Shown here in pieces: positions 52,085 to 64,000 of a stretch of DNA of 64,000 bases (its first letter is position 1; each line of letters begins with the position of its first letter). The notes beneath the pieces were generated by a model. That model ran no database searches. It worked only from the letters and a program-made list of their open reading frames with translations, and was not told where the DNA came from. Origin of the DNA: Octopus sinensis. Taxonomy: Eukaryota. The stretch spans positions 144,274,001 to 144,338,000 of the forward strand of contig NC_043000.1 of assembly GCF_006345805.1 (NCBI RefSeq). Direction: 5' to 3'. The translations under genes were made by a program, and so were the position numbers.

Positions 52085-52920
52085 ACGAACGGAAGTGAAA
52101 GAACGAAATCAGAAAAGGAAAGAGCAACGAGAAATAACAAATGCGACAGTAATCCATTATCCAGAGGTAGAAGGAGTTTGAAGAACATCAGAGGTTGGAA
52201 AAGGCCGCTGAATTGAAATGAAAAGCTGAAGAACAAAGGGAAAGGAAATTAGAAGCTGAAAGAGATAAGTTCATTGATTTAGAGAAACGAAAATGTTTTG
52301 AAGAAGAACGAGAGAAGGAAAGACTTCGCTTTAAAGAGTAAGGGAATTGGCTAATCAATGTGCTGAACGCGAACATTATTTAAAAGAAAACAACCGGCTT
52401 AAGAAGCAGGTCTGGAGAGGTTTCGAGAAATAGAAAGGCAACGATTGCTTTATGAACAGAATTTGCCAGAAAATAGAAGTTGAGAAAGTTCAACAAATCC
52501 AAAAGCTTCTTGGTTCATAATGCACTGCATGTCAGAAAGGAGTTAACCACAATACCACTATTGCCATTGATAGCCCTACGGATTGTTCCAGATCTGATAA
52601 AAAAAAATATGAAAGTTATGAAATGACACCACAGACAGGTTTCTACAAAAATTATGACATCGAAGACTTGAAGTTTGAGGATTCTACTGATGAAGAATCT
52701 AATCCTCAAATCCAATTCTCAAATGGGCTCAATGTTCTGAGCTGAAAATTGCTCTAATTGCACAATATTATAATCCACCAAATTTGGATCAAATCTTTAA
52801 TCTAATAGATATTTCTGTTCTCAATTGTTTGTAAAAAAGGAACCTCACTTTAATCACCATTCTAGTTCTGCACACTGGGACTCCCCGATATTACGATCAT
52901 ATCTTCCTGTTATACACTGA
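52085..52920 (+). pseudogene. INCENP: INCENP (inner centromere protein) processed pseudogene fragment: SAH/coiled coil plus IN-box
   Basis: E/R/K-rich helix with in-frame stops, then SYEMTP..NYDIEDL.FEDSTDEESNP /fs/ NPILKWAQ..ALIAQYYNPPNLDQIF /fs/ LFVKKEPHFNHHSSSAHWDSP...*. This matches the IN-box pattern SY.MTP..NY..DSTD.E..P..IP.WA..QYY.PPN..F.K..R.SSA.W.SP; no introns. Confidence 0.82.
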
Positions 52921-53299
52921 ATTTTGATTGAAAGAATATCAACTAAATAAATAAATAAGCAAAAGGGCGTCACCTGAGACTATTCCGTAGTGAAACCAAA
53001 CATAATGTATCTTTGAATGACAACATTTTCTGCATAGTTTATCTTTTGTTTCTACATTGGTTTAATTATTAATTTTTTTTTACATGCTTAGGTCTAGAAC
53101 TGGTAATATTTTAGATGTATAGAATGAATAGCTTATTTAAAATGTGGAATAATGGAGTTGGCCGTCTTCCTTAACAATTACACTCACTTATTATTCTTCT
53201 TAACTGGATATATTTTAGTACACAATTAACGTCCATTAACCTGTACAACAGACATACTTAAATTTTAATGTTATGAACGATTTGTAATTTCATGCAGAA

Positions 53300-53645
53300 C
53301 TACATATCATCAAATAAGTCTCTCCGAAATTGAAAGTTTGAAAGAAAAGGTGAGACTGTTGAATTTTGTATTATAAATATAAAAAATGTAATCAAAATTC
53401 ATTAAAATCACAGATCTATCGGACTTTTAAAGATGTAAAATTCTTGGTGCTCGTATGGCAGGTTCTAGAGTAACGAAAACAGCCGAAATATTTGGTGTAT
53501 CAAGAAGTACTGTCTTGAATGTAATGACATTCTTTGAGAAAGAGGGAAAAACCTCCTCGTCGAAACAAAACTCCCCAAGAAGACCTACACTTTCAGATAG
53601 GGACCGTCGGACTCTTAGGCGAAATGTTAGAAAGGATCGTAAAAA
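53300..53645 (+). mobile_element. Tc1-like N-terminal remnant
   Basis: MAGSRVTKTAEIFGVSRSTV..VMT.FEKEGKTSS.K.NS.R.P.LSDRDRRTL.R.VRKDRK. Confidence 0.8.
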
Positions 53646-53911
53646 TAAATTGTATTATAAAGAGGAAAAAAGAAGGTAAGAAGAGAAAAGAATGAAAGAG
53701 AAATGAGGATGAATAGACAAAACGTTTTAAAAAGGAGAAAAAAAGGGGAAAAGAGAGAGAAAGCAAAAACATTTTCCTTGATGACCACAACACACCTGTT
53801 TTTTTGAAGAGGTCACCATTCTTAAACCTATTCTAATACAATTGTAAATGACTAAATAAATAAATGAATGGTGAATAGGAAGGGGGATCCCCCTTCTCTC
53901 TCTGCCTCTCC

Positions 53912-53991
<80 letters not shown>

Positions 53992-54049
53992 ATATCTATC
54001 TATCTATCTAGCTAGCTAGCTATCCATCTATCTATCTATTTATCTCAAC

Positions 54050-55104
54050 TCTGCCGTCCCGGGTCGACCTTGAGTGACTTCAACACAACCAAAGCATTCT
54101 ATAGGGGATTAGTGGAGGGGAGGTACGATGACGAGCTCGGGGCAAACCTGGGCGTCGACGAGGAATACCTGACCCGCCTGTTTCAAACGACTTTCGGCCC
54201 GGGACCAATGGACAACTTCCAGAGATCCCTGGCCTGGCGGTGCTACCGAGAAGCGCTACCCGTTCAGGATAAGCTCTGTAGGCATGGCTCGAGAAACACG
54301 GGGCCGACCTGCCCGAGATGCGGGCAGAGCGACGAAACCGCTCTGCACGCAATCGTGCAGCGTCCAGCAATTTCCGACCTGTGGCCTTATGTCAAACGAC
54401 TGCTGTCACGTGTGGGACGTGTCGGTTTATCAGCCGAGTCTATCGTTAATATCGTCACGCCTCCTTCCTTCAAACGGGAAGGAAGAGCTATTTTTATCAT
54501 ACTTGTGGCTATGGCGAAAGAATGTATCTGGTGGACGCGCCTGAAAGGATTAGAGACAAACACTTTCCCTCTGGTCAATCTCTCATCAACTTCTTCAAGT
54601 ATCACTTGAAGAGGAAAGTGAGAGTAGAGAGGCAAGTTTTGTCTAGTGAATGTTTTAAAAAAAGATGGGTGAATGTAGCAAGGATGGCACGTATGAATGA
54701 CGAAGCCACCTTGACTATGATTCTATGAACCATAAAAATTAATACAGAGAGTTGCTTATTTGCAAAAAAAAAAAAAAAGAAAATATAACATGTGACTTCA
54801 TTGACCGAGGTTACCGTGGTCTTTTCCGTAGGCTTTTCTTTCCACGGGTAAACCTCACTGTCCTCCCTTTACACTTCAAATTGACATTTCTGTGATAACG
54901 ATCCCTATTATTCATTTTTTATTTTTTATTTCTTTTTTTCTCCCCCCCTTTTTTAACCCTCCCTTTTTTTGTCCTTTTTCTTTCCTTTTACGATCCCTTT
55001 TGATCGAAAACCACCACTCTCCTATTTTTTTTTACCCCCAAAAGAAAAGCTCTACCTTGTAATTTGTTCTATCTGTGTGCAGCCCTGTGTGGCTAATAAA
55101 GAAA
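54050..55104 (+). mobile_element. Tx1/L1-like LINE 3' fragment (zinc knuckle plus 3' UTR)
   Basis: LAWRCYREALPV.DKL...TCPRCGQSDETALHAIVQ...LW..V (CCHC-type, last C mutated); T-rich UTR; AATAAA at 55095; flanked by (TATC)n on both sides. Confidence 0.8.
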
Positions 55105-55145
55105 CATATCTATCTACCTATATATTTATCTATCTATCTACCTAC

Positions 55146-55196
<51 letters not shown>

Positions 55197-55288
55197 CATA
55201 TCTATCTATATATCTATCTATCTACCTACCTATCTACCTATCTATCTATCTATCTACTATCTATCTATATATCTATCTATCTCTCTAC

Positions 55289-55348
<60 letters not shown>

Positions 55349-55672
55349 ATATATATATATATATATATATCTAGCTTTCTGACTATCTATCTATCTATAA
55401 ATATATCTCAATTGTCATGAAACCATAACCCCACAAAAAACAAAAACAATTTTGTTTCTAAACAAACAAAAATAAGGCAAAAAACACGTTTTCTATAAAT
55501 GAACAAGCTGTTTGTACAATTACAAGATTATATTTGACAAGTTTGAGAAACGAATGAAAGTGTCAATAATAATGAAGAAGTATAAAGATTTTTTTCTCCA
55601 AAATACGACGTTTTTTCTCAATATTCAATTTCTGTACACTACGTGTAACATTCATATATATATATATATATG

Positions 55673-56120
55673 GTGAAGTATAATTGCCACATAAATATGG
55701 CTAACCCTTAAGGGTTGATGCTACTGTAGCTTGTAGACCCAGGAAAATATCTCGTCCAGCTGGCTAATGACACACTTTCTGTGGCCTATCAGTATTTGCA
55801 AAGGGAAGTCATCCTTCCCATCTCCAGGCTGACGAGAAACACATAGACCCGGGTTTCTAGATATTGATCCGTCATCAGCGAGTGACAACCAATGGTTGCG
55901 ATGTGAAGTTCTGTTCTTAATGCAAATATAAATGTCTTATTTTTCCAGTGGCGAAAAAGTGGAAACAAGCAATAATAAATATCTGAGCGAGGTATAAATA
56001 GCAGCTGCACGACATGGTGACGTATAATTGCCGCTTAAATGTGGCTAACCCTTAAGGGTTGATTCTACTGTAGCTTGTAACCCCAGGAAGATATCACCTC
56101 GAGCTGGCTATTGACACACT
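55673..56120. repeat. ~345-bp tandem unit (about 1.3 copies) with decayed HHR (55840-55884, -)
   Basis: gtataattgcc.c.taaat.tggctaacccttaagggttgat.ctactgtagcttgta occurs twice; minus strand CTGATGA-cggatcaatatcta-GAAA-CCCGGG-TC. Confidence 0.7.
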
Positions 56121-56195
56121 TAAGTGGCAAGTATAATTCACAATGTCGTGCAACTACTGTTTATAACTCACTCAGAGATTTATCATATATATAAT

Positions 56196-56256
<61 letters not shown>

Positions 56257-56787
56257 TATATGAATTTTAGGCGTGTTTTAGTTTTTCACTGAACACCGGT
56301 AGGAAACAGAACTAAAATGCAAACATACCTTATACGATTATATTTCTTTGGTATAACTATAAATATTTCTCTCACTGTTCAGTGACTGCTTCTCTTTCTG
56401 GTCAAACGGCTCTCTATATTTGTTTTCGGTTGGTTTCCTAGTATGTTTCCACTGTCTTGTTTTTGTTCCCGACTTTGACCCTCCATAAATCCTAAATTGT
56501 ATTTTAGAATTTATGGGAGCGACTTTCTTTGAAGATCCATATTGTTGTTGAATGCTCGAAATGAGGAGTATATACCCAGCCACCACTGACAAAAGGATAT
56601 GTCTCTGTTTCCTTGTCTTGTTTTCAATTTTTTCTCTCGTTGTTTACGTATTTAACTCGCTTGTCTACGCATTTCTTGTTGCTTACACAATTGGTGATGT
56701 CCTGTATCCATATATATACATATATATATACATGTGTATATGTATGTATACACACACACACACACACACCACACACACACACACACA

Positions 56788-56841
<54 letters not shown>

Positions 56842-56845
<4 letters not shown>

Positions 56846-59800
56846 ATACAATATGTACATTACTCGGTAGTCAAGATAAAACTCTGAGTTTCAGATGCCG
56901 AAGTGGAAATCCACAACACCATCTCTTCGGTTATCTGGCTATTTGAAAACGTTATGAAAAAATACGTTAAAAATGAAGGGAAATTACTCTGTTATAACTC
57001 TGCTTTGCCTGCGTACTTATACATCGCTCGCATTTTTCGTCATAAAAATTATATAAAAATACATAAAATATAAAAATATATAAATCTTCTTGGGACATAA
57101 CACAGAAAGCATGTTCTATCCGTTTTCTTTAGGGGACCAAAAAACGTAACAGAAATTTAGTCACATGTGGGGCATGATCCGAAAAGCTCTGTCCTTGTAT
57201 TTAGACATGTGGTAGGGTCTAAGCTGCTTTTCCAGATAAGCCATCTCTCCATGTCGCATAAACGCACCTTCCGCTGCCGTTGTATAGGGCTTACATCTGG
57301 CCCAAATCTTCCATTGTATGTTATAATCGACACCTTTATCTCTAAAGACCAAATATGATTGGATATTGTGTCGCTTTTCTTTTGTTGCAGTGCCTAAAGC
57401 TCAAAGTGTGGTTATTGAACCTGGCCTTGAAATTACCCTCTGTCAGGCCACGTTTTCTTCGTCGAAACGGTGTCTTTAGTGGTTATAGAGTTTACGGTAG
57501 CTTCATATATGATGGTCGGACATGCAAGCTCCATTTAGCGGGCACAATTCTTTATTCCTGCATGAACAGCTGTTTTCTCTTCTTGTGTTTTTTTGTATGT
57601 TATGATTGATTATGTTTTTAAAAATTGGTAGTTGAACTAAACCTAATTTTTAAATTGTGTCTATTAAAGAGTTTTCCTATAAGCATGGTTAACTGAAAAT
57701 GTCTATCTATCAGTGCTAGGAAATATTTACCTATATAAGGCCACCTCGGGTGTGTAAACCAGATGACCTTCCTATTTCTATTATTCCTTTTCCTTATTGT
57801 TGGGCTGGTGAATATGTGTATTTTTATTTTTCGCTAAACACACTATCTTTTAAAGCTTTATTATAAACTGTGGCAACGCTATTGAAGATGTCCTCATTAG
57901 ATGAGAGGCTAGAATCCTCTTCTATACTAATATTTTTAACTAAATTTTGAATACTATAGGGGGATGGCATGAAACCTACATTAATATAACTTAGTCTATC
58001 ATTGGGGCTTCCTATAAGTTTAAATATTATTATTAAGATTAAGAGCTAGTACGACTTTTTGGGATTATCGCCTAACATCGTTTGAGGACCCACAAACAAA
58101 AGAATCTAATATGGACCGCATATCACATAGATTATTCTATGAAAAATATAAACCGATCCCCATCAAAGGATTTTTACTCTAAGAAACTTCTGCAAAAATA
58201 CTGATGTAATTAAGCGTATGAGATGGAAGGCTTTCTTTTGACACAGAAGCGAACACCAAGGAAAACATTTGCTATCGGATAAAATCCAAAAAATTCCCTC
58301 GCTAGGATTAAAGGCTTGGAAGATTTCGAAGCGGACCTGCTGAAGATCATGAGCAAAAAAAGTTTCGTAAGTCTTTTAACAATTTCCAACATAAATTGAA
58401 AAAAGATATTGATCATATAAAAAGCTCCAAGAAAAAAGCACTTTTTTCGGATAAAACCAAGAACTTATAACCTGGTAGATAACAGCAAATACACACAACT
58501 CTTTACACAACAGCATCATTAATATTATACTAAGGCTAGGGCACAGACATATAACGAAATTAATAAAAGAAGCTAGCGTCATCGCCGTAAAACTTAAATT
58601 AGATAAAAAAATAGAAACCCTCCCCCAAAAGAGGCCTTTATTACTATTAAGACCACAAAGAAAACTTCTTCCTTCCAACCCTAAATGTAGCTTATCACCC
58701 AGCCAAGTAGGACGGGATTATTAGCAAAGAAATTTTAGATAAAATAATACGAAAATTAAGACCGATACTAGGCTAGGCAATGGTCCCATAGTATAGAAAG
58801 TCGTAGACTGGTTTAAAGCTATAAGAATAAGAAAAAAGCGAGGTTTACACAATTCGATATTGTTGATTTTTATGCCTCTATCTCTAAAGAACTGCGATAA
58901 AGCCCTAATCTTCGCTAGTGACTTCATAGAAATTAGTACCAATGATAAGGATATAATCTTCCATGCTAAAAGACATTACTTTTCAGTGAGAATGCAAGTG
59001 GGTAAAAAACACCGACACGGAGGGCGCTTTCGATGTGAGCATGGGTTCATATGATGGGGCAGCATCTGTGATCTAATTGGACTCTTTCTCCTAGATACCT
59101 TCGGTAAGACATTCCCTAACGTACATTTCGCCATCTACAAAGATGATGCCCTCGCCTTAACAGCTAATACAAATGGACCACACAAGATCGTTTTAGGAAG
59201 GATATTATCCAGTTAATGACACACTTCGGACTTAGTATAACTATAGACCACTAACCTGACGGTTGTCAATTTCTTAGACGTTTCCTTAGATCTTAATAAT
59301 AATATTTATAAGCCTTATAGGAAGCCCAATGATAGACTAAGTTATATTAATGTAGGTTCATGCCATCCCCCTATAGTATTCAAAAATTTAGTTAAAAATA
59401 TTAGTAAGAGGATTTCTAGCCTCTCATCTAATGAGGACATCTTCAATAGCGTTGCCCAGTTTATAATAAAGCTTTAAAAGATAGTGGTTTTTAGCGAAAG
59501 AAAAAATATAACACCTATCACCAGCCCAACAATAAGGAAAAGGAATAATAAATAGGAAGGTCATCTGGTTTACACACCCGAGGTGGCCTTCAATATAGGT
59601 AAATATTTCCTAGCACTATAGATAGACATTTTCCAGTTAACCATGCTTATAGGAACTCTTTAATAGACACAATTTAAAATTAGTTTTAGTTCAACTACCA
59701 ATTTTAAAAACATAATCAATCATAACATACAAAAACACAAGAAGAAAACAGCTGTTCATGCAGGAATAAAGAATTGTGCCCGCTAAATGGAGCTTGCATG

Positions 59801-60486
59801 TCCAAGACCATCATATATGAAGCTACCGTAAACTCTATAACCACTAAAGACACCTTTTCGACGAGAAATACGTGGCCTGACAGAGGGTAATTTTCAAGGC
59901 CAGGTTCAATAACCACACTTTAGCTTTAGGCACTGCAACAAAAGAAAAGCGACACAATTATCCAATCATATTTGGTCTTTAAGAGATAAAGGTGTCGATT
60001 ATAACTACAATGGGAAGATTTGGGCCAGATGTAAGCCCTATACTACGGCAGCGGAAGGTGCGGTTTATGCGACATGGAGAGATGGCTTATCTGGAAAGCA
60101 GCTTAGACCCTACCACATGTCTAAATACAAGGACAGAGCTTTTCGGATCATGCCCACATGTGACTAAATTTCTGTTTACGTTTTTGTCCCCTAAAGAAAA
60201 CGGATAGAACATGCTTTCTGTGTTATGTCCCAAGAAGATTTTATATATTTTTATATATTTTATGTATTTTTATATAATTTTTATGACGAAAAATGCGAGC
60301 GATGTATAAGTACGCAGGCAAAGCAGAGTTATAACAGAGTAATTTCCCTTCATTTTTAACGGTATTTTTTCATAACGTTTTCAAATAGCCAGATAACGAA
60401 AGATGGTGTTGTGGATTTCCACTTCGGCATCTGAAACTCAGAGTTTTATCTTGACTACCGAGTAATGTAAACATATTGTATAGATA
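56842..60486 (+). mobile_element. Penelope-like element (RT plus C-terminal GIY-YIG) with an inverted ~1.2-kb copy of its 3' end
   Basis: Body 58045-60486: FDIVDFYASIS, FDVSMGSYDGA, IYKDDAL, CSCRNKELCPLNGAC..IIYEA, GLTEG.FKARFNNH, QLSNHIWSL. 56842-58044 is the reverse complement of ~59284-60486. Confidence 0.93.
56874..56936 (-). ncRNA. variant hammerhead in the PLE 3' terminus (partner at 60391-60451, +)
   Basis: AGATAA-CCGAAGA-GATG..CATC-T-GAAA-CTCAGAG-TT-TTATCT; 6-bp stem I, U4C core variant, GUU site. Confidence 0.5.
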
Positions 60487-60585
60487 AATTTCCTCTATTA
60501 CATAATATTGAGGTCTCTTCTTTCTTTTGTTATCTTACCGTTTTATCAATTATACATATATATACATATATATATTTATATATAT

Positions 60586-60627
<42 letters not shown>

Positions 60628-61183
60628 GTAAGTAATGTATGTGTGTAGATATATATATGTGTGTGTGTTTGTGAGTATGTCTGAACTACGAATTAAAAAA
60701 TTAAAACCAGCGCTAGTGTTGTAAACTTTATCGACCGCACATACTCATTGAATGTTTTGTTTCTTCGGCAGCTCACTGCGGAATAGTACCTGGAGTATAA
60801 CTCCGTCATTACTCTGGCAAGGGATGCAACGTACCTCCGTTCTCATTTAGGGGTGATGGATACTGTTTTTATCCATTTATATTTTTGAACCGTGGACGAA
60901 TCTTATTGCCAGTCTATGACTTTATAAATATACGGTGTAAGAACACTTACGTATGCATCACGCGTGATAGGCATGGGAAACGAGCTATCTCCGTTGACAG
61001 GATTTATATATCCAGCGTAATGAGTGTATCTTCCCCCAGGTGCTATAAGGCATCGAACTGCCGAATAAACGAAATACAAAACTGTGTATGAGCACTCGAT
61101 GCTATTTACAACACAACTGCTACTTTGAATTTCTTTTAGAACTTATTCATATCTTATTCATAACTTATTCATAACTTATTCAT

Positions 61184-61592
61184 AGGCGCAGAAGTAGCTG
61201 TGTGGTAAGTAGCTTTTTTACTAGCCACGTGGTTCCGGGTTCAGTTCCAATGCGTGACACCTTGGACAAGTGTCTTCTACTATAACCTCGGGCCAACCAA
61301 AGCCTTATGAGTGGATTTGGTAGACGGAAACTGAAATAAGCCCGTCGTACATATGTATATATATGTATGCGTGTGTGTGTTTGTGTGTCTGTGTTTGTCC
61401 CCCTAGCATTGCTTAACAACCGATGCTGATGTGTTTATGTCCCTGTTACTTAGCGGTTCGGCAAAAGTGACCGATAGAATAATTACTGAGCTTACAAAAG
61501 AATAAGTCCTGGGGTCGAGTTGCTCGATTAAAGACGGTGCTCCAGCATGGCCGCAATCAAATGACTGAAACAAGTAAAAGAAATAAAAAAAA
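61184..61592 (+). mobile_element. tRNA-derived SINE, family A, full length
   Basis: aggcgcagaagtagctgtgtggtaag..ggttccgggttcagttcc..gtggatttggtagacggaaactga..catggccgcaatcaaatgactgaaacaagtaaaaga. Confidence 0.92.
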
Positions 61593-61877
61593 GGAGTAAA
61601 TATCTATGGATCTTTGTGGCAAACTAGGAAATAGTTTTTACGGTATTTCTATATTGTCAAAACTCCCAGGTTCGATTCAGTTAAGTAATGTAAATAAGCT
61701 ATAAAATGTGGATATAACAGTATTCCTCACTCCTTAATGGGATCGTAGTTAACTTGTCTCACTTGCCTGTGACTCTCAGGGTCTTAACTCACAGTGAAGT
61801 GAGGAAGTTTTTTGCAGGTGCTATTCGCAAAAGGCGGTGAACATTATATTATATATATATATACGTTGAATATGGAA

Positions 61878-63385
61878 CAACCGGCGGACAAAGGCGGAGC
61901 AGTGGTGGTATGGCGCGCGGATCTCTACAGGGAGGAAGCGCTCAGCCACTTCAAAATCAAAATCCCCTCTTCTATCGCCTCCTCCCCTCTGATCCCACTC
62001 TTCCTACAAACAGCGAGTTGCTCCACTATCCGCGATCTCATCTCTTCTTCTGCTCTCCCCCCCACCGCCACCAACCTCATCGCCCGCACATCCCGCACCT
62101 CCACCATCTATGCCTTCCCAAATTCATAAGCCCAATACCCCTGGCCGCCCCATTGTTTCCGCCTGTAATTGCCCTACTGAACACATTTCCCTATACCTCG
62201 ACCGCATCCTGTCCCCTTAGTCAATCCCTCCTTCCCACATACATGATACCAACCACGCCCTCCGTCTCTTCAATTCCTTTCCTTCCTTTCCAGCCCCTCA
62301 CACCTCCTCTTTCACCCTTGGCATCAAATCACTGTAACGGTGATCCCCACAACGACGGTCTCCTAGCTCTCCAACACTTCCTCGACCGTCGCCCCGACCC
62401 CACCCCTAGAACCCCCCCCCCTCCTCCGCCGGCAGAGCTCGTCTAAAACCCTCAACTGTTTCACGTTCGCGCGGGGGAAACGTACCAACAGATGTCCGGG
62501 GTCGCGATGGAACGAGAATGGGTCCCAATTTCGCGCAATCTCTTTGTTGGCTACATTGAGGCCCAAGTATTCTCCCAATTCTCCGGGCCGACCCCAGAAC
62601 TATACGGTCGTTACATAAGACGAATGTATAGGCGCCACCTCCCTTCCCGCGAACAACTCTGCCACTTCATCTCTGTCCTCTCTAACTTCCACCCCTCTCT
62701 ACAATTCACTTCCACCATATCCATACTTCCGTTAACTTCCTAGATATCTCACTCAGCATCGACCACCCCTCCCACTCTCTCACCACCTCCGCCTTCTTCA
62801 AACCCACGGATTCCCACCTCTATCTCAACTTTCTCCTCCCCATCCCTTCCACACCAAACGGGCTATCCCCTACTCCCATTCCTCCGCCTCCGACGCTTGT
62901 GCAGCCGCGACCAGGATTTCGAGACCCAGTCTCAATACCTGGCCCGCCTGTTCAGGCTTCGAGGATACCCACCTACCCTGGTCTTGAACGCCCTCGCCCG
63001 CGCTCGTCGTATCGACCGCACCACCGCCCTTTCTCCTTCCAATCACCCCCCCAACCGCACCCACTTTCCCCTCCTTTTCCACTCCTCTACTCTACTTCGT
63101 GCCTTCCGTCGTCTCCAGCTCGATTCCACGACCCACCCCATTTTCCCCAACCCACCCCTGTCCTCCTTCAAACGAGCCCAGAATCTACGCGACCTCCTGG
63201 TCCGTAGCACCCTCCCTTCTTCCCCCTCGGCCCACTCAGATCCTTCCCCATGATCCAATCCCGCTGCACACCTGCCCCTTCATCACCAACACCCACTGCT
63301 GTCACCGGTTCCAAAACCGGGCGAACTGTACGTATCGGGTATTCCTTTACTGCACCTCGTCTGGACTCATATACTGCATTAATGC
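61878..63385 (+). mobile_element. Neptune-type PLE, truncated at both ends
   Basis: PADKGGAVVVW, PKIHKP..PGRPIVS, SGVAMG.RMGP.FANLFVG, YGRYI, FHPSL.FT, LRRLCSRDQDF, RGYP, FKRAQNLRDLLVRS; ends at CTSSGLIYCI (start of GIY-YIG); many frameshifts. Confidence 0.9.
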
Positions 63386-64000
63386 ACACATACATACACG
63401 CACATACAACATGCATACATACATACACGTACACACACATACATACATACATACTACAACACACATACATACACAGATACACACTACACACAAACATACA
63501 TACACAAACATACCACACAAACCATACACACACATACATATACATACATACCTACATACACACACACATACACAAATACACACATACATACACACACACA
63601 TACACACATGCATATATGCATACACAAATACATACATATACATACACACACATACATATACACACATACGTACACACACGCACATACACACATACATGCA
63701 TGCACACATACATATATACACATACATACATACACACATACATACACACATACATACACACACACTTACATACATACATACACATACATACATATACATC
63801 CACATACACACATACATACATAGACACATATATATACATACACACACATACATATACATATATACATACAGACACACACATGCACACATACACGCATGCA
63901 CACAAACATACATACACACACACATACTATACACACATGCATACATACACACACGCGTACATATACATACATACATACATACTCATACACATACACACAC
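63386..64000. repeat. degenerate (CA)/(TACA) tract
   Basis: Directly visible. Confidence 0.95.

Noticed and set aside
55826-55880. Plus-strand CTGACGA-GAAAC..GTTTC as a second overlapping HHR
   Set aside because: No GAAA follows stem II.
61141-61183. 11-bp tandem repeat (ACTTATTCATA) x4 before a SINE
   Set aside because: Most simply local slippage; no functional signature.
60770-61845. Further AG/GT-bounded exon candidates (~60770 and ~61819)
   Set aside because: Weak donors and no support; they show how easily such candidates arise by chance.

Overview
AT-rich eukaryotic DNA, most likely from Octopus or another coleoid cephalopod (inferred from the SINE families and dense (TA)n/(CA)n/(TATC)n microsatellites; not verified by search). 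No complete host gene is evident, and most ORFs in the supplied track are microsatellite artefacts. The window is mainly a transposon landscape: three tRNA-derived SINE families; Tc1/mariner remnants; a CR1/L2-like LINE with a 633-aa RT ORF; a cluster of R4/Dong-like elements in (AAT)n; a Tx1/L1-like 3' fragment in (TATC)n; and many Penelope-like element (PLE) pieces. The main hidden structure is a set of about 15 type I hammerhead ribozyme (HHR) motifs, intact or decayed, from several repeat families. Three pairs sit in large divergent inverted repeats (15.4-16.8 kb, 35.2-36.4 kb, 56.8-60.5 kb). In the 15.4-16.8 kb palindrome, tandem-unit junctions fall exactly on the predicted self-cleavage site. 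A disabled, intronless INCENP copy (SAH region plus IN-box) lies at about 52.1-52.9 kb. A speculative chain of small + strand exons may belong to a host gene. Young repeats carry many homopolymer indels, suggesting long-read assembly errors, so frameshifts here are weak evidence of inactivity. All alignments and folds were done by eye.
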